Source of the DNA: Bacteroidota bacterium
GTDB taxonomy: Bacteria; Bacteroidota; Bacteroidia; Chitinophagales; Saprospiraceae
NCBI GenBank assembly: GCA_020160935.1
Contig: JAIUPL010000013.1
Coordinates: forward strand, 47,710-111,709
Length of the DNA: 64,000 nt
Direction: 5' to 3'
In this document: positions 25,788-34,367 of the stretch, one piece after another
How positions within the stretch are numbered: the stretch's first letter is position 1
How the letters are laid out: each line of letters opens with the position of its first letter
Made by a program: the position numbers and the translations under genes
The notes under the pieces: generated by a model
Database searches by the model: none
What the model was told of the DNA's origin: nothing
Seen by the model: the letters and a program-made list of their open reading frames with translations, nothing else

Positions 25788-26444
25788 ATGAAAAAGATTA
25801 AACTATTACTCGTAGACGATCATCAGATCATCCTGGATGGCATTTCCTCTTTTCTGGAAAAAGAAAACGACTTTGAAATCATGGGATTTGCACTTGATGG
25901 TGAAGGTGCGCTCGATTTTTTAGCCCATCATATGGTGGATGTGGTAGTAATGGATATTAGTATGCCCCACAAAGACGGTATCGAAACAGCCAGAGTAGTA
26001 AGGAAAGAGTTTCCGAATATCAAGATTATTCTACTGACCATGCAGGGCGATGGACAATACATTCTGAATGCGATGAAACTGGGAGTACACGGTTATGTGC
26101 TAAAGGAAAAAAGTAAAGAAATCCTTGTGAGGGCCATCCACTGTGTCCACACTGGTTCTACTTACTGGTCTCCGGATTTGATACCACGCATCGCCAATGC
26201 ACAGTTGATTCACTACGAAGGCCACAACGACGACATCCACCTGACACTTCGTGAAAAGGAGATTATCTGCCTGTTGGTCAAAGAACCTTCACTCACGGCC
26301 AAACAGATGGCCGACAGACTAAATATTGCGGCACTCACTGTAGAAACCCACCTCCGAAATGCCCGGCAGAAACTAAAAATAAGCACAAGCAGAGAACTGA
26401 TGCAATATGCACAGACTAACAACCTGTGCAGCAAACACGTGTAG
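25788..26444 (+). CDS. LuxR/NarL-family response regulator
   Basis: Receiver domain LLLVDDHQIILDG...VVVMDISMPHKDG. C-terminal HTH LTLREKEIICLLVKEPSLTAKQMADRLNIAALTVETHLRNARQKL. Confidence 0.9.
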   Translation: MKKIKLLLVDDHQIILDGISSFLEKENDFEIMGFALDGEGALDFLAHHMVDVVVMDISMPHKDGIETARVVRKEFPNIKIILLTMQGDGQYILNAMKLGVHGYVLKEKSKEILVRAIHCVHTGSTYWSPDLIPRIANAQLIHYEGHNDDIHLTLREKEIICLLVKEPSLTAKQMADRLNIAALTVETHLRNARQKLKISTSRELMQYAQTNNLCSKHV

Positions 26445-26506
26445 AGATTCCACAGGCATTTCTTGCGCTGGGAGTGGATAAAGAATTTTAGTTTACAGAG
26501 CACACA

Positions 26507-28867
26507 TCAATACCTCGGTGTATTCAGAAAAATCTGCTGTTGTTCATTTACGCCCATTACAGTTCCATCATTGCCCACTGTGATGTGGCTAAGTTTGCCT
26601 TCTGCAGGTAACCATCTGCCGGGACGAAGGCGAAATATTTCATTTTTGCCATTGATTCCCCAAACAACATTCGGAAGGCCGACTGAGATTTTGTTCAGGA
26701 GGCCATTTGCAAAACGCTCGAATTTTCCATGGTGCCAATAGAAAATGCCTTCATTGCCGGCTGCACCGATTGCCCATACATCGCCATTGGCATTGGCACT
26801 TACATGGGCAATGCCATCAGCCACTTTTACAAAAGCAAGGCCTTCCCATCGGAAAAGTTCGTTGCCGGCGTTGACGCCCCATACCCGGGTGGCAGCCCCT
26901 GCAGAAATCTGTTTCAACTGTCCAGTCACTTGTTTAAAGGCGGATCCATCAAAATAAAAAATGTTGTTGTCTGGATTAATGCCCCATACAGCGCCATCAG
27001 AAGCAGCAGAAATCTGATTTAGTACACCTGGAATATTTTGCCATGCACTACCTGTCCAACGAAATATCTGCCCCGCAGCATTTACGCCCCAGATATGTGC
27101 GGCGCTGCCTGTGGCAACCTGTCGCAACAGCCCTGGCAGTTTTTTCCATTCAGAACCTGTCCATTCAAATATCTCGTCTGCTGTATTGACGCCATGAATA
27201 ATCCCGTCTTCGCTTACATCCAGTGCAGCAAGTTTTCCATTCATTTTTTCCCAGCCTTCATAGCCAAAGTAATGGCGATATACGTCTCCGGCGTCGTTGA
27301 TGCCCCAAATATTCAAAACATTGGCCACCGACACCTGTTTCAATTGGGCGCTTTCCTGTTTTTCAAAATAGCGTCCATTCCACCAGTATACTTCGCCATC
27401 GGGATTGACGCCACAGGTTACACCATCCTTTCCTACTGAAACCTGTTTCAAACTACCAGGTATTTGCTCAAACTGGCTGGAAGCCGTCGACCAACGAAAA
27501 ACAGCGTTCGCGGCATTGACACCCCATATATGCTGTTTGGCTCCGGCCGAAACCTGTCGTAATAAACCCGGGGCTTGTAAGAAAACAGTGCCATCGCGTC
27601 GATATACCTTGTTTTGTTCATTGACACCCCACACGGAGCCATCGGCTGCCGCCGAAATTTGTTGTAAACTCCCGATTTGTCTCTTCCAGGTATTCTCTGT
27701 CCAGCAATAAATTTCATTGCCGGTGTTGACGCCCCAGATGTTATCTCTGGATCCGGCAGAAATTTGTTTGAGTGCGCCCGGCATTCGTTTCCACCGATTA
27801 AAATCTGGTATAAAAGATTGATTATCAACGGTTAAACTTGCGAGCCCCAGGCTTTTATCAAATGGTCCAAATCGAAATACTACTCCTGCGTCCGTGTACT
27901 GTTCGCCTGTTCGCCATATCCAGCGATTAGAAGCAGGTTTGAGCACATAACTGGTGTTTCTTACAACTTTATGTATCACGATACCAGTCTCAGGCAACCC
28001 GAAATCCCAGCCTTCATTCAGGCGAAACTCGAAGGAGAGATATGAAGCACCTGTTTTGTCATCATCCAGATCAAAATAAAGCATTCGATATCCGTAATTA
28101 TCCGCTGGCCGCAACGTATGCAAGGCACGCAATTGGATACCCATTGAGGATGTACTGCGGTTCGCATACAACACCCTGCGTGCATCCGGCACTGGAAACA
28201 GATAATATGGCTGGTAAGTAATATCCAGCCACCCTGCATCAAGCAAGTTGGGGGCATTTAGCCCGGGGCCAGCGCTCCCCCACATATTATTTATATGTTG
28301 AAAACCAAACACATTCATAGCGCTCATCAAGTCAGTTCTATTGCCGTAGCAGCCGTCGGCGCCCAAAGTCGGTACCACAAACGAATGCTCATACCCCAGG
28401 CCGTGGCCCATTTCGTGTAGTACAAAAGTCATGTCCATAGCGCCGGGAGCGCTGGCATTGGCTGAAAGGTTTACCAGTCCATACGATTTGGTTTGGCCAT
28501 TGAGCGTCAGCTCCTGAACACCGACGGAACCTCCGTCACCATTTGAATTAAACACGATAATAATACCTGAATAGGATCGTAGATCATATTTTTTGGCGGC
28601 CTCTTGCGCGGCGGCTACAATCCGCTGCCCGCGGTCGCGGTCAAAGTCAAATTTGGCGTTGTAGGGCAACGGTACCCAGTCGAAAAGTTTGGATCCTTCC
28701 ATACTCAGGTTGCCGAAGGATATTTCTTTCCAGTAGTCAAATACGTTTTGCTTGCCTGGCGTGAGAAAAAAATCGGTGAGGAAGGATTTGCTCCAAGGTT
28801 CGCCAGGTTGATCCATATGTTTGCATGGAATAATAGCCCATGGGTAATTGCCGGTGGTTGTTTTCAT
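26507..28867 (-). CDS. zinc metalloprotease fused to a 12-repeat tectonin/tachylectin-type beta-propeller region
   Basis: HEMGHGLGYEHS zinc site in an InhA/M6-like N-domain (FDYWKEISFGNLSMEGSKLFDWVPLP). It is followed by 12 copies of L(K/R)Q(I/V)SAG....(I/V)WG(V/I)N....(I/V)(F/Y).W. The start MKTTTGNYPWAIIPCKH has no signal peptide. Confidence 0.85.
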   Translation of the reverse strand: MKTTTGNYPWAIIPCKHMDQPGEPWSKSFLTDFFLTPGKQNVFDYWKEISFGNLSMEGSKLFDWVPLPYNAKFDFDRDRGQRIVAAAQEAAKKYDLRSYSGIIIVFNSNGDGGSVGVQELTLNGQTKSYGLVNLSANASAPGAMDMTFVLHEMGHGLGYEHSFVVPTLGADGCYGNRTDLMSAMNVFGFQHINNMWGSAGPGLNAPNLLDAGWLDITYQPYYLFPVPDARRVLYANRSTSSMGIQLRALHTLRPADNYGYRMLYFDLDDDKTGASYLSFEFRLNEGWDFGLPETGIVIHKVVRNTSYVLKPASNRWIWRTGEQYTDAGVVFRFGPFDKSLGLASLTVDNQSFIPDFNRWKRMPGALKQISAGSRDNIWGVNTGNEIYCWTENTWKRQIGSLQQISAAADGSVWGVNEQNKVYRRDGTVFLQAPGLLRQVSAGAKQHIWGVNAANAVFRWSTASSQFEQIPGSLKQVSVGKDGVTCGVNPDGEVYWWNGRYFEKQESAQLKQVSVANVLNIWGINDAGDVYRHYFGYEGWEKMNGKLAALDVSEDGIIHGVNTADEIFEWTGSEWKKLPGLLRQVATGSAAHIWGVNAAGQIFRWTGSAWQNIPGVLNQISAASDGAVWGINPDNNIFYFDGSAFKQVTGQLKQISAGAATRVWGVNAGNELFRWEGLAFVKVADGIAHVSANANGDVWAIGAAGNEGIFYWHHGKFERFANGLLNKISVGLPNVVWGINGKNEIFRLRPGRWLPAEGKLSHITVGNDGTVMGVNEQQQIFLNTPRY

Positions 28868-28892
28868 GGTATTGCTATCTTAGTATAATCCC

Positions 28893-28900
28893 CAAATATA
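28893..28900 (-). promoter_or_regulatory. candidate -7 box (TATATTTG on minus strand) for the protease-tectonin gene
   Basis: caaatata on the plus strand matches TAnnTTTG on the minus strand, 26 nt upstream of ATG 28867. Confidence 0.3.
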
Positions 28901-29022
28901 TAGACTTCAAGATTTTTTTAAACATCCGAAGTTATTCCAGGCTACAGCCTTACCTCACGCCGGCTGCTACAACTGTAGCCACCCCCGACGTCCAAAAAAC
29001 GAAGCGTTCAACATTAATGCGT

Positions 29023-29033
29023 CCCCCCCCCCC
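29023..29033. repeat. C11 homopolymer in a divergent intergenic region
   Basis: gcgt-ccccccccccc-ggtg, counted by hand from lines 28981-29040. Confidence 0.9.
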
Positions 29034-29090
29034 GGTGAAGAACACGCCTGCACAGAAATAACACCCGAAACTTGGGGTATCCGCCTCGAA

Positions 29091-29136
29091 TTGCATTTAT
29101 TTGCAACCGATTTGCAATGCCGCACAGGCATTTGCA
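29091..29136 (+). promoter_or_regulatory. phased ATTTGCA direct repeats upstream of the TerB-like gene
   Basis: TTGCA at 29091; ATTTGCA at 29099, 29110 and 29130 (spacings 11 and 20 nt, about 1 and 2 helical turns). Located 18-60 nt upstream of ATG 29154. Confidence 0.3.
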
Positions 29137-29153
29137 CAACGCTCTTTTGTATC

Positions 29154-29594
29154 ATGGACTTTTTCCATTCCACCACTTCTGCCAGCACTACCCCACTCCA
29201 CATCGCAGATGAAGCCGAGGCTTGTGCGGCGGTACTCATTGCCTGTCTGCGCGCCAACGAACTCGACAGCGACGAAGACAATGCTGCTTTTTATACCACT
29301 ATAAAAAGCAGGAACATCTTCCTCGGCCATGATCCGGAAAAATTGGTGGCTACCGCGGCCCAACATTTTGAACAGGCAGGGAGCCCCTCGGCGCTTATCG
29401 ATGCAGCCATCGGCGCCATTCGCGAACAAACGCGCCTCCCTCTTTTTTATCACTGCCTCGATGTCATTCTGGCCGACGGTGTGGTGACGCCCCGTGAAAA
29501 CGACGTGTTCCACTATCTGAAACGCAAATTTAGGGTGGAAGAAGAAGTAGCCTGGAAAGCGCTGGAAGTGCTGCTGGCGAAGAATAAACTTTAA
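29154..29594 (+). CDS. TerB-like (tellurite-resistance TerB family-like) small helical protein
   Basis: The plus-strand product (LFYHCLDVILADGVVTPRENDVFHYLKRKFRVEEEVAWKALEVLL) reads like the TerB ADG....E helical pattern. The opposite-strand ORF 29097..29699 is compositionally implausible. Assignment is from memory only. Confidence 0.45.
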   Translation: MDFFHSTTSASTTPLHIADEAEACAAVLIACLRANELDSDEDNAAFYTTIKSRNIFLGHDPEKLVATAAQHFEQAGSPSALIDAAIGAIREQTRLPLFYHCLDVILADGVVTPRENDVFHYLKRKFRVEEEVAWKALEVLLAKNKL

Positions 29595-29760
29595 GAGCGT
29601 GTTCGGGATTTTTTCGCCGGGCCTGAAAAGCGGCTTTTTTGCACGTTTTTCACCTTTTTTCGTTTCCATAATCACTACTATGCGCACGAAAAAACGCATA
29701 AAACGTACAAAAAATCCATCTTTCCAGCCTCCGGCAAAAAATCCCGAACACGCTCTAAGA
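29590..29760. repeat. ~170-bp element bounded by ~30-bp inverted repeats (MITE-like or long hairpin)
   Basis: The core agagcgtgttcgggatttttt (29594-29614) is exactly complementary to 29737-29757, and the flanks extend pairing with 1-nt bulges. It starts at the TAA stop of the TerB-like gene. Confidence 0.7.
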
Positions 29761-29837
29761 GTTATGAGTGTTTAACACGTTTCTTTTGGCTACACTTTTG
29801 AAGAAACCCAAAGCAACATGTTAAACACTCATAACTC
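29759..29837. repeat. 19-bp perfect-stem hairpin (41-nt loop) just downstream of the minus-strand T9SS gene
   Basis: gagttatgagtgtttaaca (29759-29777) pairs with tgttaaacactcataactc (29819-29837). This may be a terminator or REP-like element. Confidence 0.6.
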
Positions 29838-29842
29838 ATAAC

Positions 29843-32800
29843 TCACCTAAAAACCCTCGTCCTCACCCCGCCATTCGCCCCATACATCAACTGCACTTCA
29901 TATACACCCTGCGCCCACGACCGTACGTCTACCGGGAGCGAAGTATCGTAGGAAACGTTTATTTTTTCTGAAAAAACAGTCTGCCCCAAAGCATTTCTGA
30001 TGATAATCGAAGCGCCACTGTCAGGGATTTGTTGCCATTGCAGCCACACCCGCTCTGTGGCAGGATTTGGAAATGCAGTCAATGAAGGCAGCGCGGCTAC
30101 CGGACTAGTTCCGGCGTCGACCACCACGCCCAGGGTAGCAGCATCGGTACAGATGCTGCAGCCCGTTGAAGGAAGTTGAACACAACAACGCACTGAGAGA
30201 CCGTCCAGCGTGGTATTGCCCTGAGGCTGAACCACCAGGGTCGGGCCCTGTGCATATTGAAAAACAAGACCGTTTAGTACATTTTCCCAACCGTTTCCGT
30301 AGTTCACCTGCCATTGATACACGGCGTCTGCATTCTGTGCGGCCGCACTGAAAGAGGCTGTCTGGTTGCTCTGAATCGTGATGGATTGTGGCTGCAACAC
30401 GATGTCTGGTGCTGACAGCAGTACAGGTCGTACTACCTGGGTGGTGTCGGTATTACCGGCCAGATCGGTCAGTACACACCTGTAGGCTTCACTGTCCAGC
30501 CCCGGCGCGGCAGCGGCGTTCAAACGTAGTTTGGAAGTGTTTACCCCTTGATAGGCAGCACTTTCTGTCAAATCTCCCCAAACAGTACCCGTTTCTTGCT
30601 GCCATTGAAAGGCAATCCCGTTGCCGATCGCGCTGACCACAAACTGCGGGGAGGTACCCGCGCAAAACGGAGCATCGGAGGGTTGACCGGCAATGGTTAG
30701 AGGTACAGCAGGGCACAAACCGGCAGGATCGAAGACGGTCAGGCGAATCTCTGCGGTATCGCCCTGCAAAAAATTCCCGCCTTGCGAATAAAACGCCGAC
30801 AGTTTGCCATCGGCTGTGGCGGCAAGCCAGTTGCCATGATCGTACCCTGTGGTGGCAAGATCAATTACGTTCAGTATGTCGCCATCGGGCGACCAGTGTA
30901 CCAGCGCGAGGTCGAGTTGCCCGAGGCCCGTCTTTCCGAATTTTTGACCTGAAAGGGTATTCAAACCCAGCACATGGCCATAATTCACCATTCCAACAAC
31001 ACTGCCGTCGGGTTGTGGCGCCAGGTGGGAAAAATGGGCATTGCCGTTGCGCAACGACCACCACAACTGGCCATCAGGGTCGTATTTTAGTAAAAAATGG
31101 CACCTGTCGCCAAATGCCGGAACAGTATCGTTCAGGTAAATGAGCGCTTCGGGTATCGGAATGCTGCCGGGCGGTGTCCAGGCGTATTCATCGGTACCGA
31201 GGCTCACCGACTGATAAATATTGCCCGCATCGTCTGTTGCGAAAGGCAGGTTGATCAGTTGGTTGGTAAAGCCGGTTCCGTCCTGGTATGTATCGTCGGC
31301 GCTGAAGGTGGTGAATGCCTTTTTTACTCCGAAATCGTTGTCGAGCCGCAACACGAACGCGTTCAGGTTGCTGGCCCGTACGGGTTCCATAACAATCGTG
31401 TCCCACTGAATTTTTCCCCGAAAAAATGCCGACAGCACCCAGTCGCCATTGGGTTGTTGTTGCATGCGCGGGGCCACGCGCGTAATGCGCGAGGTCAGCC
31501 ACTGGCCAGGGTCGGGGTTGTAGTCGGCATACACGTCCGAATTGAACAGCAAGGGTTTTCCCAGCGGTACGTGTTGCAGGATGGTTCCGGTCGAATCGAA
31601 GCGCATGGCATACAGGAGTATGGGGCTGTTCGGGTCAGATGCAATGGTTTGGGAAGCGGTTTGTACATTCAAAAAACGGCCGCTGATGAGCGCTGTGAGC
31701 CGGTTCTCGTTTTCGAGTACCAGTTCGGTAGGCGCTACGATGGAGGTTCCGCCCGGGCCAAAATACCTGGCCGACCAAAGCAGTGTGCCGGCTGGATTCA
31801 GTTTCAGGATAAAGGCGTTTTCAGCGCCGGGAAAGGCATCGGTGAATACCGGTACGCCGCCGACTTGCATGTTTTTTCCTGCAAAGGAGCCGCCGATGTA
31901 CACATTTCCTTCATTGTCGGCCGCAATAGATGTACCAATGCACTGATAGTAGTAATCGAACGGGCTGTTGCCGTGGGAATAAGCCGACCAGTAGCGCGCC
32001 CAGACGAGGTGCCCTGCGGGGTCGTATTTATTGTAAAAAAGGTTGTAGGACGACCACCACGAAAACGGCTCGTATTTGTAACCCGTCACATAGGTATTTC
32101 CAGAAGCATCGGTATAAGTGTCTAATATTCTTTCAATTAAATAGTGGTTTATAAACTGCATTTCCGTGGGTTCGGAAGCACAAACAGCCGTATTATCTGT
32201 GGGCAAAAGGTTGTCGGGAAATACCTCGATGGTGGCATAACTCGTATCAAAACAACCAACAGTATTGGCCGCAATCAGCCGGATGGGATACAAGCCCGGC
32301 TCGGTATATTGCACCACGGGCGACAGGGCAGTTGAGGTGGGCGGTTGAGCGGCCGCACCCAGATCCCATTGAAATGCAGCGCCGGTAGAATAATTGGTAA
32401 TGGCAATGGGGTTGCCGGTAGTTTCCGTGTAAAGGCGGGCATTTTGAACAGAATGTACCAAATCGGCCGTTACGGTGGCTGCATTTTGAAAATAACGATA
32501 ACATCCGCCATTGATCACCGTAAAACTAAAAACGGCATTGTATCCCACAGCACCCGTGGGGATGCTCAGGGTGCCGCCGGTGCCGGTTGCCTGTCCGCCG
32601 GTGCCGCCCTGCCATTGGTAGGTAGCCCCCGCAGTGGAGTTGGGAATCAGGATGACGGTAGAATCGCCTTCGCAAACCAGCGGATGCTCCGGAATGGCCG
32701 CAAATTCGCTGTACAAAGGCAGCGGCGTCACCTGAATCGTCACCTGCGCTTCGCTTTCCACGGTGCCGCATACATCGGACAGGCTGGCATGCAGGCGGTA

Positions 32801-34207
32801 AGTGGTTGTTTCCAGCGGCGTTACCCAGCGCTCGAAATATCCGTAGAGGTTGGAGTCTATTTTCATGCCATTGGCGCTCAGTTCCCAAATCCCGAAGCCT
32901 TCGAGGTAATTGGTGGTACTCAGTCTGGTATTGTTTCCGCGGCAAATTTCCGGCTGGCTAACGGTAAAAACGGGCGTTGCCAAGGTCGGTGGTGCATTTA
33001 TTTGAACGTCCCAGGTGGCCGTATCGCGCCCTGCGCCACGCGCTGCCACGAGCATAACGGTATAGGAAGTACCCGGCTGCGGGAATGTTACCTGTGGATT
33101 GCGTTCGGTAGAAAACAGGTTGCCATTGAGAAACCACTCGTAGGTGTAGGCAGGCACATCGGCCGTCAGGTTTACGAGTGTTTGTGGCAGGTTGGCACAG
33201 GGCACAAAATTGGGGCCGGGTGCAATGCCCGCAATCGGCGCCCAGTCGCTGCCGCCGCCGTTATCGGTTTTCAGACAAAGCCCTTTGTCGCCCACAATCA
33301 TGCCGTGGTTCTGGCCGAGCCAGGCGAAGCCGTTGTATTGCACGTTGGTGGCCGTGCCTCCGGTGTATTTTTCCCATACCTGACCGCCGTCGGTGGTGCG
33401 GTAAACGGCATCGTAATTGAGTAAATAGCCGTTTAGTTCGTCGGCAAACCAGATATCTTCCACTCCTGCGCCGTCGGGCGGCATGGACACATCCGTCCAG
33501 GTTTGCCCGCCATCGGTCGTTTTTTTCAATGAATTATAACCACTGATGAAGCCCGTCTGCGCATTCAGAAACTGGATGGCTGTTACTGCTTCCTGTATGG
33601 CGGTCGACGTCCAGGTGGTACCGCCATTCGTCGTACGCAGCAGTCCGCCTGTACCGCCGATAAAGCCGTTTTGAGCAGTGGAAAACCCGATGCTGTACAG
33701 TTCCCAGGCCACGCCGGGCAGGCTGAGCAGCGACCAGGTAGCGCCGCTGTTCTGGGTGTGCAGGAGGTGACCGTTGGCGCCCACGGCCCAGCCTTCGATA
33801 TTATCCTGAAAAAAAAGGTCGTTGCAATAACGCGGATACGGGCCAGAATCGCCTTCAAAAGCAATGGTCCAGTTTTGTGCGCCATTGGCGGTACGCAACA
33901 CCCATTCATCATTGCCAAGTGAAAAAAAACCAGTAGCGACGCCGGAATTGGCCGAGAAAAAATGTAGTTCGGTTACAATACTACCCAACAAAGGAATGCC
34001 ATCGGCGGTGAGTGGGAAAATGCTCCAGGTGGCGCCGGCATTGGTACTGCGCATCGTAACGTCGCTTCCGCCAATAAACCAGGTGTTCTGGTCGACTGCA
34101 AAGGCGCTTTCCAGGAATGCATTGCTGCCGGTTTGTACCGGCGTCCATTGGGCTGGCAAGGTGAAGGGCAGCAGCAGCAGGAGAAGTAGTTGTACGTGTT
34201 TGTTCAT
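29843..34207 (-). CDS. large T9SS-secreted protein: BNR/Asp-box propeller repeats, PKD/Ig-like domains, C-terminal sorting domain
   Basis: Signal peptide MNKHVQLLLLLLLPFTLPAQ. Asp-box-like repeats STNAGATWS, TQNSGATWS, TTNGGTTWT, TTDGGQTWT, TTDGGQVWE. PKD-like YEWFLNG...VMLVA, Ig-like PDIVLQPQSITIQSNQTASFS. C-terminal LTAFPNPATERVWLQW...GVYEVQLMY...RVFR is a T9SS CTD pattern. Confidence 0.85.
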   Translation of the reverse strand: MNKHVQLLLLLLLPFTLPAQWTPVQTGSNAFLESAFAVDQNTWFIGGSDVTMRSTNAGATWSIFPLTADGIPLLGSIVTELHFFSANSGVATGFFSLGNDEWVLRTANGAQNWTIAFEGDSGPYPRYCNDLFFQDNIEGWAVGANGHLLHTQNSGATWSLLSLPGVAWELYSIGFSTAQNGFIGGTGGLLRTTNGGTTWTSTAIQEAVTAIQFLNAQTGFISGYNSLKKTTDGGQTWTDVSMPPDGAGVEDIWFADELNGYLLNYDAVYRTTDGGQVWEKYTGGTATNVQYNGFAWLGQNHGMIVGDKGLCLKTDNGGGSDWAPIAGIAPGPNFVPCANLPQTLVNLTADVPAYTYEWFLNGNLFSTERNPQVTFPQPGTSYTVMLVAARGAGRDTATWDVQINAPPTLATPVFTVSQPEICRGNNTRLSTTNYLEGFGIWELSANGMKIDSNLYGYFERWVTPLETTTYRLHASLSDVCGTVESEAQVTIQVTPLPLYSEFAAIPEHPLVCEGDSTVILIPNSTAGATYQWQGGTGGQATGTGGTLSIPTGAVGYNAVFSFTVINGGCYRYFQNAATVTADLVHSVQNARLYTETTGNPIAITNYSTGAAFQWDLGAAAQPPTSTALSPVVQYTEPGLYPIRLIAANTVGCFDTSYATIEVFPDNLLPTDNTAVCASEPTEMQFINHYLIERILDTYTDASGNTYVTGYKYEPFSWWSSYNLFYNKYDPAGHLVWARYWSAYSHGNSPFDYYYQCIGTSIAADNEGNVYIGGSFAGKNMQVGGVPVFTDAFPGAENAFILKLNPAGTLLWSARYFGPGGTSIVAPTELVLENENRLTALISGRFLNVQTASQTIASDPNSPILLYAMRFDSTGTILQHVPLGKPLLFNSDVYADYNPDPGQWLTSRITRVAPRMQQQPNGDWVLSAFFRGKIQWDTIVMEPVRASNLNAFVLRLDNDFGVKKAFTTFSADDTYQDGTGFTNQLINLPFATDDAGNIYQSVSLGTDEYAWTPPGSIPIPEALIYLNDTVPAFGDRCHFLLKYDPDGQLWWSLRNGNAHFSHLAPQPDGSVVGMVNYGHVLGLNTLSGQKFGKTGLGQLDLALVHWSPDGDILNVIDLATTGYDHGNWLAATADGKLSAFYSQGGNFLQGDTAEIRLTVFDPAGLCPAVPLTIAGQPSDAPFCAGTSPQFVVSAIGNGIAFQWQQETGTVWGDLTESAAYQGVNTSKLRLNAAAAPGLDSEAYRCVLTDLAGNTDTTQVVRPVLLSAPDIVLQPQSITIQSNQTASFSAAAQNADAVYQWQVNYGNGWENVLNGLVFQYAQGPTLVVQPQGNTTLDGLSVRCCVQLPSTGCSICTDAATLGVVVDAGTSPVAALPSLTAFPNPATERVWLQWQQIPDSGASIIIRNALGQTVFSEKINVSYDTSLPVDVRSWAQGVYEVQLMYGANGGVRTRVFR

Positions 34208-34243
34208 GAGGTAGTGATTGTAAAGAGGCTATTTTATTTTTTC

Positions 34244-34251
34244 CAAAAATA
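34244..34251 (-). promoter_or_regulatory. candidate -7 box (TATTTTTG on minus strand) for the 1454-aa T9SS gene
   Basis: caaaaata on the plus strand matches TAnnTTTG on the minus strand, 37 nt upstream of ATG 34207. Confidence 0.3.
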
Positions 34252-34310
34252 AGGCATTCCTTTCATTATAAACAACTCTGTATCCTTTACGCACCTTCCT
34301 ATGCCGATCA

Positions 34311-34341
34311 TTTGAATTGGCTCGAATTCAGTGTAGTTTTG
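34311..34341 (+). promoter_or_regulatory. candidate Bacteroidota promoter for pepD (-33 TTTG, -7 TAGTTTTG)
   Basis: TTTG 34311-34314, a 19-nt spacer, then TAGTTTTG 34334-34341, 27 nt upstream of ATG 34368. Confidence 0.4.
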
Positions 34342-34367
34342 CCGCCACATTCTATACCATTTACACC

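Noticed and set aside
10050-28900. Calling the AT-rich block an integrative mobile element
   Set aside because: No integrase, transposase, tRNA target or flanking direct repeats are visible in the window. Only the compositional evidence is retained.
29097-29699. 200-aa minus-strand ORF overlapping the TerB-like gene
   Set aside because: The sequence looks non-protein-like (basic, Phe/Arg-rich) and runs through the inverted-repeat element. The plus-strand product has a coherent helical pattern.
31097-33424. 342-aa and 359-aa plus-strand ORFs
   Set aside because: They are antisense to the 1454-aa T9SS protein gene and have Arg/Gly/Val-rich shadow-frame composition.
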